Source: Vermamoeba vermiformis
Taxonomy: Eukaryota
Direction: 5' to 3'
DNA: 64,000 nucleotides
NCBI GenBank assembly: GCA_045837725.1
Contig: JBEWZL010000236.1
Span: forward strand, 124,001-188,000
Positions 33,516-54,023 of this stretch are shown in pieces (the first letter of the stretch is position 1; each line of letters starts with the position of its first letter). The notes below the pieces were generated by a model. It was not told where the DNA came from and searched no databases. It saw only the letters and a program-made list of their open reading frames with translations. Made by a program: the position numbers and the translations under genes.

Positions 33516-36512
33516 ATGCAGAAGGTTGATCCGTTCTCCAAGCCAAATCTAGAGGACGTTTATACCTTAGGTGCAGAGATCGGCAGGTGGGCTAGAATTT
33601 CGCGGTGGGTAAGCTCGCGACTAATATTAATTTAGCGGCGCATTTTCGGTAGTGAAGAAGGCCATTAGGAAAGAAGATGGGAAGGAAGTGGCTGTTAAGA
33701 TCATCAACAAATTCAAACACCGACATGACCTCGATTTGATTCGCGACGAAGTTGCTGTTATGCGCGCGGTCAGAGGTCACCCGCACGGTAAGCGTGAATT
33801 TGTTTCACATATTCAAATTTATTATCTCGTGCGATCGCTCGGTCAATGGTGACACGCACCGCTTAATCGCTCAATATTAGTAAATGTATAATGTATTTAT
33901 ATGTGCAGTGGTTAATTTGATTGACACTTTCGAGACGGATGTCTTCCTGTACATTGTCATGGAATTGTAAGTGCTGGGAGCTCCGAGTTTGATGGGTAGC
34001 TAATTGCTATTATTGCCGCTAGAATTGTCGGAGGAGAGTTGTTCGAGAAGATTGTAGCGAAAGGATATTATAGCGAAGCCGATTCAGCGAAGATAATTAG
34101 GCAAATAGTTAAGGGCGTTGCCTTTTGTCACTCCAAGGGTGTTGTGCATCGCGATCTTAAGGTACAATATCGCGGTAATATTTCGTTTAACAAGCTGACT
34201 CTCTCTTGAAGCCTGAAAATTTGTTGTGCGCGAATGATGAAATTGACTCGCTCAGCATTACGGACTTTGGTATTGCTAAACTGCTGTTGCCTGGTCAGAA
34301 GATCAGAGGGTCATGCGGATCACCGAGCTATGTATCTCCCGAGATATTATTGAAGCACGAGTACTCTCACGAGGTTGATATGTGGGCTATTGGTGTCATC
34401 TCTTACATTCTGTAAGCATATTCAAACTTCAGTTGCATAGCTAATTGTAGCATAGTATTGCTGGTTACAAACCATTCGACGAGGAGGCGAGCAGTTTGCC
34501 AGTACACATGCAGATTATCAACGCGGAATATGAATTCCCGAAGGCTGAGTGGGATGAAATTTCCGATACCGCGAAGGTAGGCTTTCTAATACCACAACAT
34601 AGTACTAACACGGTACAGGATTTTATTAGACGCTTGTTGTGCAAAGATGTCACCTCGCGCATGACAGCAGAACAGGCGCTGCAACATCCGTTCATATTCG
34701 ACGACACACCTTTGTCGAACAGAACACTCAGCCGTACCATGGAGAAATTGAAAGAATTCAATTCCACGAGGAAATTCAAGGTAAGAAAAGACTTATATCT
34801 CTCATCAGACCTGACACACCGATCTCTAGCAAGCAGCTTTTGCAATCATCAGCGGCAACAGAATGAAATTGAGTTCGTTGCAACAAAACACCAAGGAGTT
34901 GCGCCTGAGACCAAGCAAGCGCAATCTCCTCGACGGAGCAATCTCGCCCAAAGAGAACACCGCACAGCCAGAGCAGAGTAGCAACGACACGGTCACTGAA
35001 CGCAAGAGCAGTGCACGCATTATCACCAATCTAGTGAGTCCCAAATCACCAAGCAACCCTGCAATTGTTGTCGAACCCCCTCCTGCCGAGCGAGTGGAGC
35101 TTGTGGTGGTGGAGAAAGAAGATGAGCAGGACGAGGTACTTAGAATCGATATACTTGTGCCAGTGATTAACACCTCTCACAGGATACCGAGCCCTCTGTG
35201 GCACTGTCAATCAATTGTGCACCAGATCACGTGCACGGCACCGCGATGGTAAAAGAGATCTGCACCATTGACGTGCCAACCAACGGCCAAGTTGTACTCG
35301 ACAGCGTGCCCAGTCACTTGATACCCAGCTCCGTGCACTTCCATTCATTCACAGACCCCACAACTGTCATCACCAAGCAACGATTTAGCCGTGAAGATAA
35401 CAAACCTCGCTTGATGTGGTCACTGGACACCACCAAGGCGGGCAAACACACCGTGCAGATATTTTACGAGACGAAGCAAATGGGCTGGCACGCCTCTTAC
35501 ACAGCGCTGTTGAATGACACAGAGAGCTCTATTGTGCTCAACGGCTACTACAACATTGCTAATTACTCTGGTCGTAGCTTCACTCGCCCCACTGTTGCGC
35601 TAGTGCAGGATCCAGAACAGTTTGAACTCAACACACCCATTGACTTGACTGACGATCAAGAAGTGAAGGTCCCCTTCGCCCGCAAATTATCATTCAGCGT
35701 CAAAACAATCAACATGGTAAGGCCCCTAACAGCTATTTGTCATCAACTAACTGGTTGCGCAGTTCAAAGGCAGTCCGTTCCAAGACTACGAAGAGAGTCT
35801 GGTCTTCAAGCAATTTGTGCACAACAAATCAGTCACTGAACCACCTCGAGTCAACAGCGTCATTATGTTCTTAGACGACGAGACAAAAACGATTGACTTT
35901 GAGATTTTGAAATCACTGCCGAAGGGTGCCATGCAAGTGTATCAACAAATCTCTGAGACTCATCGCCACGTCACCAACACTTATGTTGCCTCGCTGCACA
36001 TCACTGAAGGGCACCAGCAGTACGCTCACTTTGAAGCGTCAGTGCCATTGGCTCAACCCGCCACGAGCACACCGAGCGGAGTGAGCGTCAAATCAACTGG
36101 CCCGAGACTAGCAGCATTGGTCGAACAACTGCAAGGCGCTAATCGCAAAAAAGACGTCGTGCCCTCGCTGCCCAAACTCGACAAAGCCCCGCGCGGTGAA
36201 TTGACACTGGGTCCCGTGCCTTTCTTGCAAGCGAAGCGATTGCAGAAGAAGTTTGAAGTGATTCACGGCGACATGGTCAACGAGTCAATTCAAATCCGCG
36301 TCAAGAACACTGACGCGCATGCCACGCACACATTGATGATTGAAGAGACGATGTACCGCTGGCGCGAGTGGAAGATTTTGTTCAGCAACACCGCGTACAG
36401 CACACCTCTGGTCAAAGAGAACAACAAGGTGCACTTCACTGTTGAAGTGAAGCCGGGCGAAGAGCGCTGTGTAGAGTATTTAGTGAGCTACAAGAACTGC
36501 CTTGCCATGTAA
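33516..36512 (+). CDS. CaMK-family Ser/Thr kinase fused to a C-terminal DUF4139/DUF4140-like domain
   Basis: [51 protein letters not shown], and a CaM-binding-like [11 protein letters not shown]-terminal exons carry [13 protein letters not shown]...WHASY...NIANYSG...[11 protein letters not shown]. Confidence 0.85.
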
Positions 36513-36786
36513 TAGTAGTTTGAACGAGTTGTACAATAATTAACCGAAAATTTAAAAAATCACAAAACAGTGAATCTTTGCGAATTTCACGACGGCCCGC
36601 TTATGGCGTGTTTCACAAGCGGTCTTCCTATCGACGGCCTATGCAGCCTTACATGTGATTACAATGAGCATGCTCTCTGTGCCTGGCAGTTTAAGGAGAG
36701 TTTCAAAAGTTACAAATTTAGACATCGTGTTGATTCGCCGCTATTTTTCGCAAATTTTTTGACCTGGACAACACGCATCGTCCGAT

Positions 36787-38902
36787 ATGAACGCAAAGTA
36801 CACTACCGAGGAGGTGGAGGCCATCGACTACGTCTCAGGTGCCATTCCCGTCATGTTCTTGCTGATCCTTCTGGAGATGCTGGTGGGTTGGCTCCAAGGA
36901 AAGAAAGTTTATCGTACAAACGACGCGATTAACAGGTATACTTCTATTACTCTGTTTACAGGACTTTGCACCAAATTCAGAAACGATCCGGAGAATTTAA
37001 ACGGTCTTATTCACTCTACAAAACATTCTAATGAAAATTTGGACTCTTTTGATACGTTACATATGCTTAATACATTCGGTTTGTCTTAAGAATGAACACA
37101 TTTCGTTTTCATTTCCGAATCTGTCTCAAAATCGTTCCACTTTTCACCCGGTTTCTGCCCAAACTTGATGTCAATCTATTAATTAATGCAAATTAATGCA
37201 AGTTACTTTTGCGGTTACGCCTGTTGGTAATAAGGCGGATCCTGACATACTGACACCTTACAACAGTTTGTCAATGGGAATGTTCGAGCGCATGATAGAA
37301 CTCGTGTTTACCAAAGGATTTGAAGTCTACATCTACATTTGGGTCTACAACAACTACGCGGTGGTGGATTTGAGCCCCGACTCGCTTTGGTTGTGGATTG
37401 TCACCTTTTTAGGCGTAGATTTTGGCTATTATTGTAAGTCAAGCTTCCAAATATAGACATTGACTCAATACATTAGGGTTCCATCGCATGGCTCATGAAA
37501 TTAATTCGTTTTGGGCCTCTCACATTGTAAGTACTGGTCACTTTTTAGTCTGCGCATTTGGCTAATCTATGTCACTAGACGCATCACTCGTCTGAAGAAT
37601 ACGTAAGAATCGACTATAAGATATTCGGTAACAGTCTGACACGTGTCATTTTAGAACTTGACCACCGCATTGAGACAGAGTGCGACTCAAGCGCTATTCT
37701 CGTGGTAAGTGATCATCTGCCTCAATCATTTTAATGAAATTTCTTTATTTTTTAGGGTGTTTTACATGCCGCTCGCACTGTTTGTTCCGCCGCCTCTTCA
37801 CTTCGCGCACAAGTAAGACTAGTGTCGTGCTTCTTAACGGTCCTAACTTTGCTTGTTAGACAATTCAATCTCTTGTACCAGTTCTGGATTCACACCGTAA
37901 GTACCACGGAGAACTCGTTTCCTATTGTATTGATTAATTCAATCTTGATAGCGCACTATTGGCAAGATGGGTCCATTAGAGTACATAATCAACACCCCTT
38001 CACATCATCGCGTTCATCACGGCCGTAACCGCGCCTACATTGACAAGAACTACGCAGGGTAAGTCGAGCGCTGTCAGGTGAACATCGCTCATTGTATTGC
38101 AGAGTGTTAATCATCTGGGATCGAATGTTTGGCACATTTGAAGAGGAGAAGCACGAGGTGGCGTACGGCATCACTAAGCCGCTCAACACGTGGAGTGTGT
38201 TGGCGGGCCAGTTCCATCACTACATTGACATCATTCGACGCGTCAAGACCACACCTGGACTGCAGAACAAGTTGAAAGTGGTCTTTTACGGCCCTGGTTG
38301 GTACCCTGGCAAGCCTCGCATGGGCGACATAAACGACATTCCTGAACCGGGACCTAATGAGGCTAAGTAAGTCTTGCACTCGCCGTCACGCGGTACTCAC
38401 AACAACGACAGATACGACCCTGCCCTGCCCGTGGTACTTACTCTCTATGTGCTCACTCACTTTGTTTTGGTGACTGGTGCCTCATTCTTGTTGTTGACGT
38501 TCCAATCGAGCCTTATTTGGGTTTATCAGCTCTTGATTTCGTTGTTTGTCATCTTCTCGCTCAACTCATTCGGTGCACTGATGGACCGCAAGCCCTATGC
38601 ATTTGCCGTTGAATTGACTCGCATCTTCATCTTTTTGGGTAAGACAATTGAACCACAGCCGGTGCATGTTTACTAACTGTCCTTCAGGCGCGGAGTTATT
38701 CTTCTGGCAGTTGTACAAAGAAGAGTTTATCTTCCTCTGGTACAAAGACCCAATGCGCACGATGATCGGCTGGGAGATTCCCCTCAAGTGCTTACGCGCA
38801 GTGTTCGTGTTCAGCGCGTTGTGGTTGATCGGCCGTGTTTCCATTTACCCGTTCTACGGTGGTCAGCAAGATGACACGCTGAAGAAAGTTAAAGCCCAGT
38901 AA
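36787..38902 (+). CDS. AGMO: Alkylglycerol monooxygenase (fatty-acid hydroxylase family)
   Basis: [91 protein letters not shown]. Many short exons, e.g. 24 nt at 37579-37602. Confidence 0.93.
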
Positions 38903-39012
38903 ACTGTAAATAAATCTGCTCGGGCGTGGTTTACAATACTATATTTAATTCGATTAATATAACAATGACAATATTATCACAACTGTCGCTATCGTTTTAG
39001 ACGCTAGCAGAC

Positions 39013-40734
39013 TTAAACGATGTTCTTGGGGAAGTAGCCCTTGGCCTCGAAGTCCTTGATAACTTCCTTCAACAAATCAACGGTAGGCTTGGGGTAGTCG
39101 TACTTGAAGCCCAACTTGGTGATGGCACTGCCGTCAAGAGCAGTGGAGTGGTCCTTCAACAACTCTTCGTCCAAGTAAGGAGTCAAAGGAGTGTCTTGAA
39201 TGCCAGCTTCCTTGGTCATGTCACTCCAAGGCTTCAAGTGCTTGTCGTTAGCCACTTCAGCGATGTTCTTGAGCGACATCTTGGCGGCAATGCTGGACAT
39301 GATTTGACCGACGAAGCCAGTCTTAATGCCGTAGATTTGTTCCAACAAGTCATTCACCTTGCCTTGATCTGTCGCACAATCCTTGTTAGTACGCGTGTTC
39401 AAATACTGTTTCGCGGTTATAGCACTCACCAGTGTCGTTCTCGTCAGCCAAGTTGAAGATTTGTCCGTTGTTGCCGTTGTTAGTCAAGAACCAGAGGGCC
39501 TTGGCGACATCGCGGACGTGCACGGTGTTGGTTTTCAAGTCCTTGGTCCACAACATCTCCATCTTCTCGCCAGTCTTCTTGTAGATGGCACCGGTGATCA
39601 AACGAGGAGCTAAAAATAGAGCCGGTTAGTCATGTGACTACTCGAATGGCGATAAAAATAGCGTGACGGATGTATGACAAGTGACAGGTGAGGAGTAGAA
39701 ATTGCGACGAGTTGACTTACTAAGACCCAAAGCGTCACCAGGACCGTAGATAATAGCAGGGCGGACGATGATGTGGTTCAAACTGAAATTAACAGTTAAA
39801 ATGTGTTGCAGGACAACGAAAATTAATAAAATTGCTTACCCAGCAGTGCCTTGAACGGCCTTTTCAGCCTCAAGACTGGCCTTAGCGATATCAGTCCAGG
39901 GCTTAATTTTGTCGTCTTCAGCTGAGGCTTTCTATTGAATAAAAATACCGCCGTTAGTGAGATGCGAATGATATGAACTCAATAATTACCTTGCCAGAGG
40001 AGTAGACTTGACCAGTAGAAACGTGAATGAATCGTTGTACTTTGTATTTCACTGCAGCGGCGGCGCAAATTCTGGCAACGTCGATGATGTTCTCTTTGTA
40101 GACCTAACAAGAACAAAATGAGTATTTTCATTGAAATTATGCACGAATAATATTATTTTTTATATTTTATGATAAAACGAAAGATAAACGCGAGATTTTT
40201 TGTGCGCCTATCTGTTGCAATCTGCGCTATTTCGATAATTACCTCTTCAGGTTGGCTGTACTTGGTAATAGCAGCCAAGTTGAAGACATATTGGAAGTTA
40301 CCACCGTCGAGCTCAAAAACTTTGCTGATAGTGGCTAAAAAAATTGGTGTGAGTGCATGCGAGTGACAGTTTTACAATTATTAAATGCATATTTGTGGTA
40401 AATTCGAAAGCCAAGAATAAATCCCTTCAACTGTTCAAATTACCAATTAAAATATGAAAAAATTGATTTTTGGTAATTTAATCCGCCAGATTAACTCTTG
40501 GTAGTATCTTCGCAATTTACCTTCACGGGCCAAGTTGGCTTGCTTGTAAACAACAATGCCGTTTTCGTCCTTGTAGAGCTTCAACTCTTCAGCGGAGAGG
40601 CCAGCAGTATCCGGCAAGACTTTGTCCGCAACTGCAATCTTGGAGACCAAGTTGTTTTGAACCAAGTGCTTGACCAAATTACGGCCAACAAAGCCAACAC
40701 CACCAAGGATGAGAACGCGGGGTTTATCTGACAT
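39013..40734 (-). CDS. NAD-dependent epimerase/dehydratase (extended SDR)
   Basis: VLILGGVGFVGRNL, VFNLAA, FIHVSTGQVY, IVRPAIIYGPGD, VHVRDVA, IFNLAD. Confidence 0.9.
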
Positions 40735-40977
40735 TGTTTCGAGTTGAGTTGTTAATTGAAGGAGGTTGAGATAAAAATAAACCTGCGCAGGAATGGTCAA
40801 ACAAAGAACGGCCACGTGCTTGCTGATTAAATTTGATTTAATATTTATTTGACAGCCGTCAATAGCCGAAGTAAGAAGGAAACGAGGGGAGGTACCCGCA
40901 TCGTTTTCTATTTGCAATTCTGTGTTCTGCATCCGACCTTCCTTAGTGAATCCAATAACTCACTATCTATCGTGGCA

Positions 40978-43080
<2,103 letters not shown>

Positions 43081-43229
43081 CAGTTCCTTGACATACACAG
43101 ATTAATATTATTTAAATGCGAGGTCAGATTTGTATCATGCCTCATATTGTGTGGTCTATGGGCAAAACAGTAAATCAATAATTTATTCAGGATAGGAATT
43201 TTAGTTTACAAACAAATCCAAATCATTCT

Positions 43230-49582
<6,353 letters not shown>

Positions 49583-49866
49583 CTTCGTTGTAGATGAGGC
49601 AAGATAATGCGCTTGTGTTGCGTTTAATTGAGTTTGTTATCACCAACGTTAAGTTAAATGTGTTTGAACGCTTCGTGAAAATAAGATAATGGTCTTTATT
49701 TGGGCGAACCAATTTCTATCTTTACAATTTAAATTCCGTTCTAATTCGGGCACGCGGGCATGTATGTTTTCGAGTTTTGGTTTATTCGTTGTTTACACAG
49801 GAAGGTGAATGGCAATAAATGTAGAGTATTTGAGACAAAATGCGGATTCGTTGTCCGCAGAAAGTT

Positions 49867-51824
49867 TTAGTGGTGCTCTTCTTCTTCATCGACCTCCTTG
49901 ATAATAGGGATTTCTTCGTAAGTGTGTTCAACAGGAGGGAAGGATTGCAAGAACTCCAAAGTCCTCTCACCAGGGGAAATATCGAATTGTTCAGCGAAGG
50001 CCATTCGTTCAACAGGGTCTTCAATAGGGTAGCTAGAAGAGGATGAATTAGTACCAATATACGGTATACAAAGAGTAAGTGCGACTTACAAGTGATCAAA
50101 GAATCTCTCCAACTTCAAGGAAACAACGTATTCAGAGGCGGATTGAGGAACCATCGGGTCCAAGATGGGTTCAGAAGTAATTCTGTCAACAGCAATCTTG
50201 GAGTTGGCGGGCAAAGCAGCCAAATCGTCCTCATCAGGGGCTCTCCATTGGTTAGGAGGGTTCAAAGACTCACCAGTGTAGATCTTAACCTTGCCGTCAA
50301 GTTGAGCGGGGTTGAACTCGTGAACCAAAGAACGGGCAATCTCAAGACCAGCCTTGTTGCTGAAGAGCTTGATGGGATCTGAACGTGAAGGATTAACTCA
50401 ACGCTTAAGAATAAAATAGACGAAGCACTTACCGTTGGCACCGTTCTCGAGGAGGTCCAACAAGTCATCATCGCTGGTGAACTTAACACGACCAGAAGCA
50501 GAGTCAGAGCCAGGAAGAGCATTGACGTCATCGTAAGCGTGCGAGCTGATAGTGTCGGGTTGGAGACGGAAGTTCTTGTGCTTCTTCATCAATTGAGAAT
50601 CAGCGTAGTGGCGGAGAACCTTGTAAGTTCTGCTCCACAATTCACCGAATGATTGAGGGACACCGTGATCGCGCATCTCCTTCTTCCACAAGGCCATAGC
50701 CTCGCTGTCATCGTCATCACTTTCGAGTTTCTTGTAGTCAACCTTGTTCTTGTTGGCCTTCTCAATAATTCTCTTGCGCTCTTCAACCCATTCAGTGGGC
50801 TAATGATAAACGCGGTGTAAGTATACATACATGTTTAGACGAATGAAATTATTGTTCTTACGAGGTTCTTGGGATCGTAACCCTTCTCCTTAGCCCAAGC
50901 GGCATCCTTGGCGAGGGCTTGATCGACAATAGACTCACGAGAGTCAGGGAACATAGAGACTAAGAAGCCACGGACTCTGTACAGCTTGGCAGTGTGGGGA
51001 CCATAACCCAAAGCCAAACGCTCAACCCAAGGGGCAACCTGTGAAAATAATGTTAATACGACGGAAACTAATGAACATTGATGCAATATATTGAGTCCTG
51101 TGTTTATAAACGCGGGAAAAATATTGGGGCTGATAGATTCACGAATGCAGATGTAAATATCTTTGCAAGATTGCAAGGCCATAAAATATGCATTAAATGA
51201 CTTACATATTCTTTGTAGTTGTCAGGGCGAAGCTTTCTCATAAGCTTGTGATAGGTAGCCTCATCTACATCAAACTCCATGATAACTTCATTCTTAGCGC
51301 GCTCTTCCAAAGTTCGTTCGATCTTGTTATACTCTTGTTCTGATAAATCCATAAACTCTTCCTTCAACTTGCCAGAGGCTCTCAATTTTTTGAATTTTTC
51401 CAAAGCAAGCTTGTTGCTGAACAATACAGATTCATCTGGGGTCTGATTCGTGCTGAGCTTGGTGTCAGGGTGGAATTCCTTGGTAGCCACAGCTTTGTGG
51501 TGTGAGTGAGAATCTGTGTGTGCTTGTCTCTTGTTAACCAAAAGGCCAAAGAACGAGGCGCTGCAGATCGGTCAGAAATTAATATTTTCATTATAACAAT
51601 TATTCTATTACATATAATTATCTCTCAATACGTCAATATATTGCACTGAGTATATTACTACTATAATCACTATTATTATAATTTACGAATATGACAAACA
51701 AAATTTTAATGAACGCATTCAGGTAATCCGATTCCGAAAACAAAACCCACCTTTTTTGTTGACGAGAAGCAAGGAGCTTTCCCTTACGTCCAAGCGAGCG
51801 AGTAATGATTTGGAGAGCTTGCAT
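49867..51824 (-). CDS. Nucleus-encoded Cox1-c (C-terminal fragment of cytochrome c oxidase subunit 1) with a mitochondrial targeting peptide
   Basis: Basic, acid-free N-terminus MQALQIITRSLGRKGKLLASRQQK. The last exon encodes RTLEFLQSFPPVEHTYEEIPIIKE, matching the Cox1 C-terminal (S/T)LEW..sPP..HT(F/Y)EE.P motif. Codon usage is strongly biased. Confidence 0.8.
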
Positions 51825-51969
51825 GGTTGTTTATAACAAAACACAAAACGAAATACAATAATATCAGCTGGCTCATTTTTTTTGGGCTGAATTATTAATT
51901 TTGTGGTCGAGTACTTCTGGCCCTTCAATGTTTATAAACCGTTCTTAACGATACCACAACCACAACAAC

Positions 51970-52195
51970 ATCGAAGCTAGGTTATAGCGTCGCATAAACC
52001 TTGAGTGCCGCTTGCTCGACGCAAACATCCACCTTCTATGTTGGCCCAAAGTGCTGTACCAGTCCGCTACGCTACTATGATACCTTCTGATTTGAGCTTG
52101 ACGGGAGCCCTAAAATAGTAGAAAGTCGCTGGGTACTCCTAGTTGTGGGTGTGCCATGGCAGCAATGATCTAACTCCTACGTTGGGATACTTTTC
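51970..52195 (+). ncRNA. Candidate structured non-coding RNA (unassigned)
   Basis: GC-richer island between divergent genes with multiple stems and a possible pseudoknot. TTTATAAA lies upstream (~51931) and TTTT downstream. Confidence 0.4.
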
Positions 52196-52288
52196 TTATG
52201 TTTCTTAAATCTCAATTCGCCACCAACCGAGTCCCCTTTGTTAGATAACTTCGGCCATTTATTTGATTATTCGCAATAATCCGAAAAT

Positions 52289-53771
52289 ATGAACCACGAA
52301 CCTACAATCATTGAGCGAGTGAAGCATTCCGCTGATTTTGTTGCTGCAAATTCTGCTCACGTAAAGGTACATTGAATAATCGAGATGTTGCACTGCAGAA
52401 TTTGTTACTTACAGATGTGCTGCAGATCAACGAGGAAGCCACCAAAAAATTTGTAGCCACATTAAATCCTGGTAAAACGCAATAATACGTTGGTTTAAAT
52501 TTTAGTAATATTAAATAAAAATTATCAGAGGAGTACCAAGCCAAAGTTGAGATGGACACCGTCTTCCCTCTCAAATTCAAATCAACTGACCACGAAATTA
52601 ACTTTACGGCCTTAATCGACTTATTAAACTTTGGTAGTGGCTTCAGATACAAATTGAAGGAGCACTGCGGCAGGGTAAGGACACTGATTAAACCATCGCT
52701 TTGTCACTAATGCCAGCAGGGAGCTTATGAGACTATATGCTACGGCGTAATGGCAATGGTTATTTCAGAGTAAGTATGCGTATTCTAGTTTCAAGTGTGG
52801 CTCATTCTGCCCAGTATTACCTTTGACGCGCAGTTCTTGTGCTCGGTCAAAATACCTGATGCTGCGAGCTACTTTGGCTTTCCGCTGACGGAGAAGGACT
52901 CAAATGAGCCTGGTGAACTTCATTTCTTAGCACAACACTTGACGCGGGTATGTCTGAGCCCCATTGATTGCAATGCAACTCACTTTATGACTAGGCTATG
53001 AATGAGGCCGGCTTAGCGTTGGTCAAACTTGGTTACACAGATTTTGCGCACTTCATTCGTGACTCTATTCAGCCCGCCGCTGACGGTATGATTCTGTTGG
53101 CAATTAATTGTGGTGTTAATACGATCAACGACAGAGCGACCAAAGGCTGTTCCATTAATTACTCGGCTAGTAGAGGTTTTTCCACCTTTCAACGACACAG
53201 CAGTGTATAAAGGACAGACTGTCTACATTATTAAAAAAGCACAGTTGTTGGCTGCAGACCTCTACAGAAGATTCAAAGTAATTAGCGTTACTCAAGTACA
53301 TACATCGCTACATATATTGATATTGTTTAGGATGTGGAGCCCAAATACTTTGATTTCAGCGACATTGACGAAGTCACCGTGTTTTCGGACAACGTTTTGC
53401 CTGCAGTATTGCGCAAGCTTGGAATATTAGAAATAGTCGATAGTGATCTCGCGCAAACCATTGCGAGCAGAGAGGCTCTTCCAAGTGGTAAGGAGCGGCT
53501 GGCTGAAGTTTGATGTTGCTGACATTTCAATTATTTTTGTAGGAGACAAAGAAGTCGAACTTCGTTTGTGCGCTGTGTATGCCTGCAAGAAAATCGTGGA
53601 ATATGTATGTAGTGCTTATTATTAGCATGGCGCTAATTTGCAACCCAGGCAAAGTTGGCTGGAAAACAGATGCGAGAGCTTGACTTGGACTACTATTTGT
53701 GGAACAAAGGAAAAGATCCCGAATTTAGAAGTTTCGAGCGTCATCATACGAAGGATACGTACTATTATTAG
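52289..53771 (+). CDS. QNG1: Queuosine-5'-phosphate N-glycosylase/hydrolase (queuine salvage, DUF2419/C9orf64)
   Basis: LIDLLNFGSGF, LVEVFPPFND.AVYKG..VYIIKKAQLLAADL, VTVFSDNVLPAVLRKLG, EVELR, LDYYLW, C-terminal HHTKDTYYY*. Confidence 0.88.
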
Positions 53772-54023
53772 GTAATAAATTGCATCGCTCAATTCTTCCG
53801 CTGTGCCGAGATCTAGATCTAGCGCTTGTGCAGCCTAATGAAGTTACCTACTGGCCTAAGCGCCAGTTTAGTGGACCTAGGGTGCAAACCACGTATTTCA
53901 TCCACAAATTTGGTGACTTAAGTTTGACCGTGATAGCCAGAAAAAATCGGGAAGCCAAAAGATAAAAACCAAAAATTCTCAGAGTCATTTCATTCACAGA
54001 TTCAATCAGAAAGCCACACATCC

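Noticed and set aside
51976-52005. preQ1 riboswitch upstream of the queuine-salvage gene (AGGTTATAGC resembles AGGUUCUAGC)
   Set aside because: It lacks the class-I P1 stem geometry and A-rich tail, lies ~290 nt from the ATG, and the similarity is too short.
52072-52136. Hammerhead or twister ribozyme, or RNase P/MRP (GAAAGTC motif)
   Set aside because: There is no CUGANGA core, the twister P2/L1 elements are missing, and no downstream P4 partner for GAAAGUCGCUG was found.
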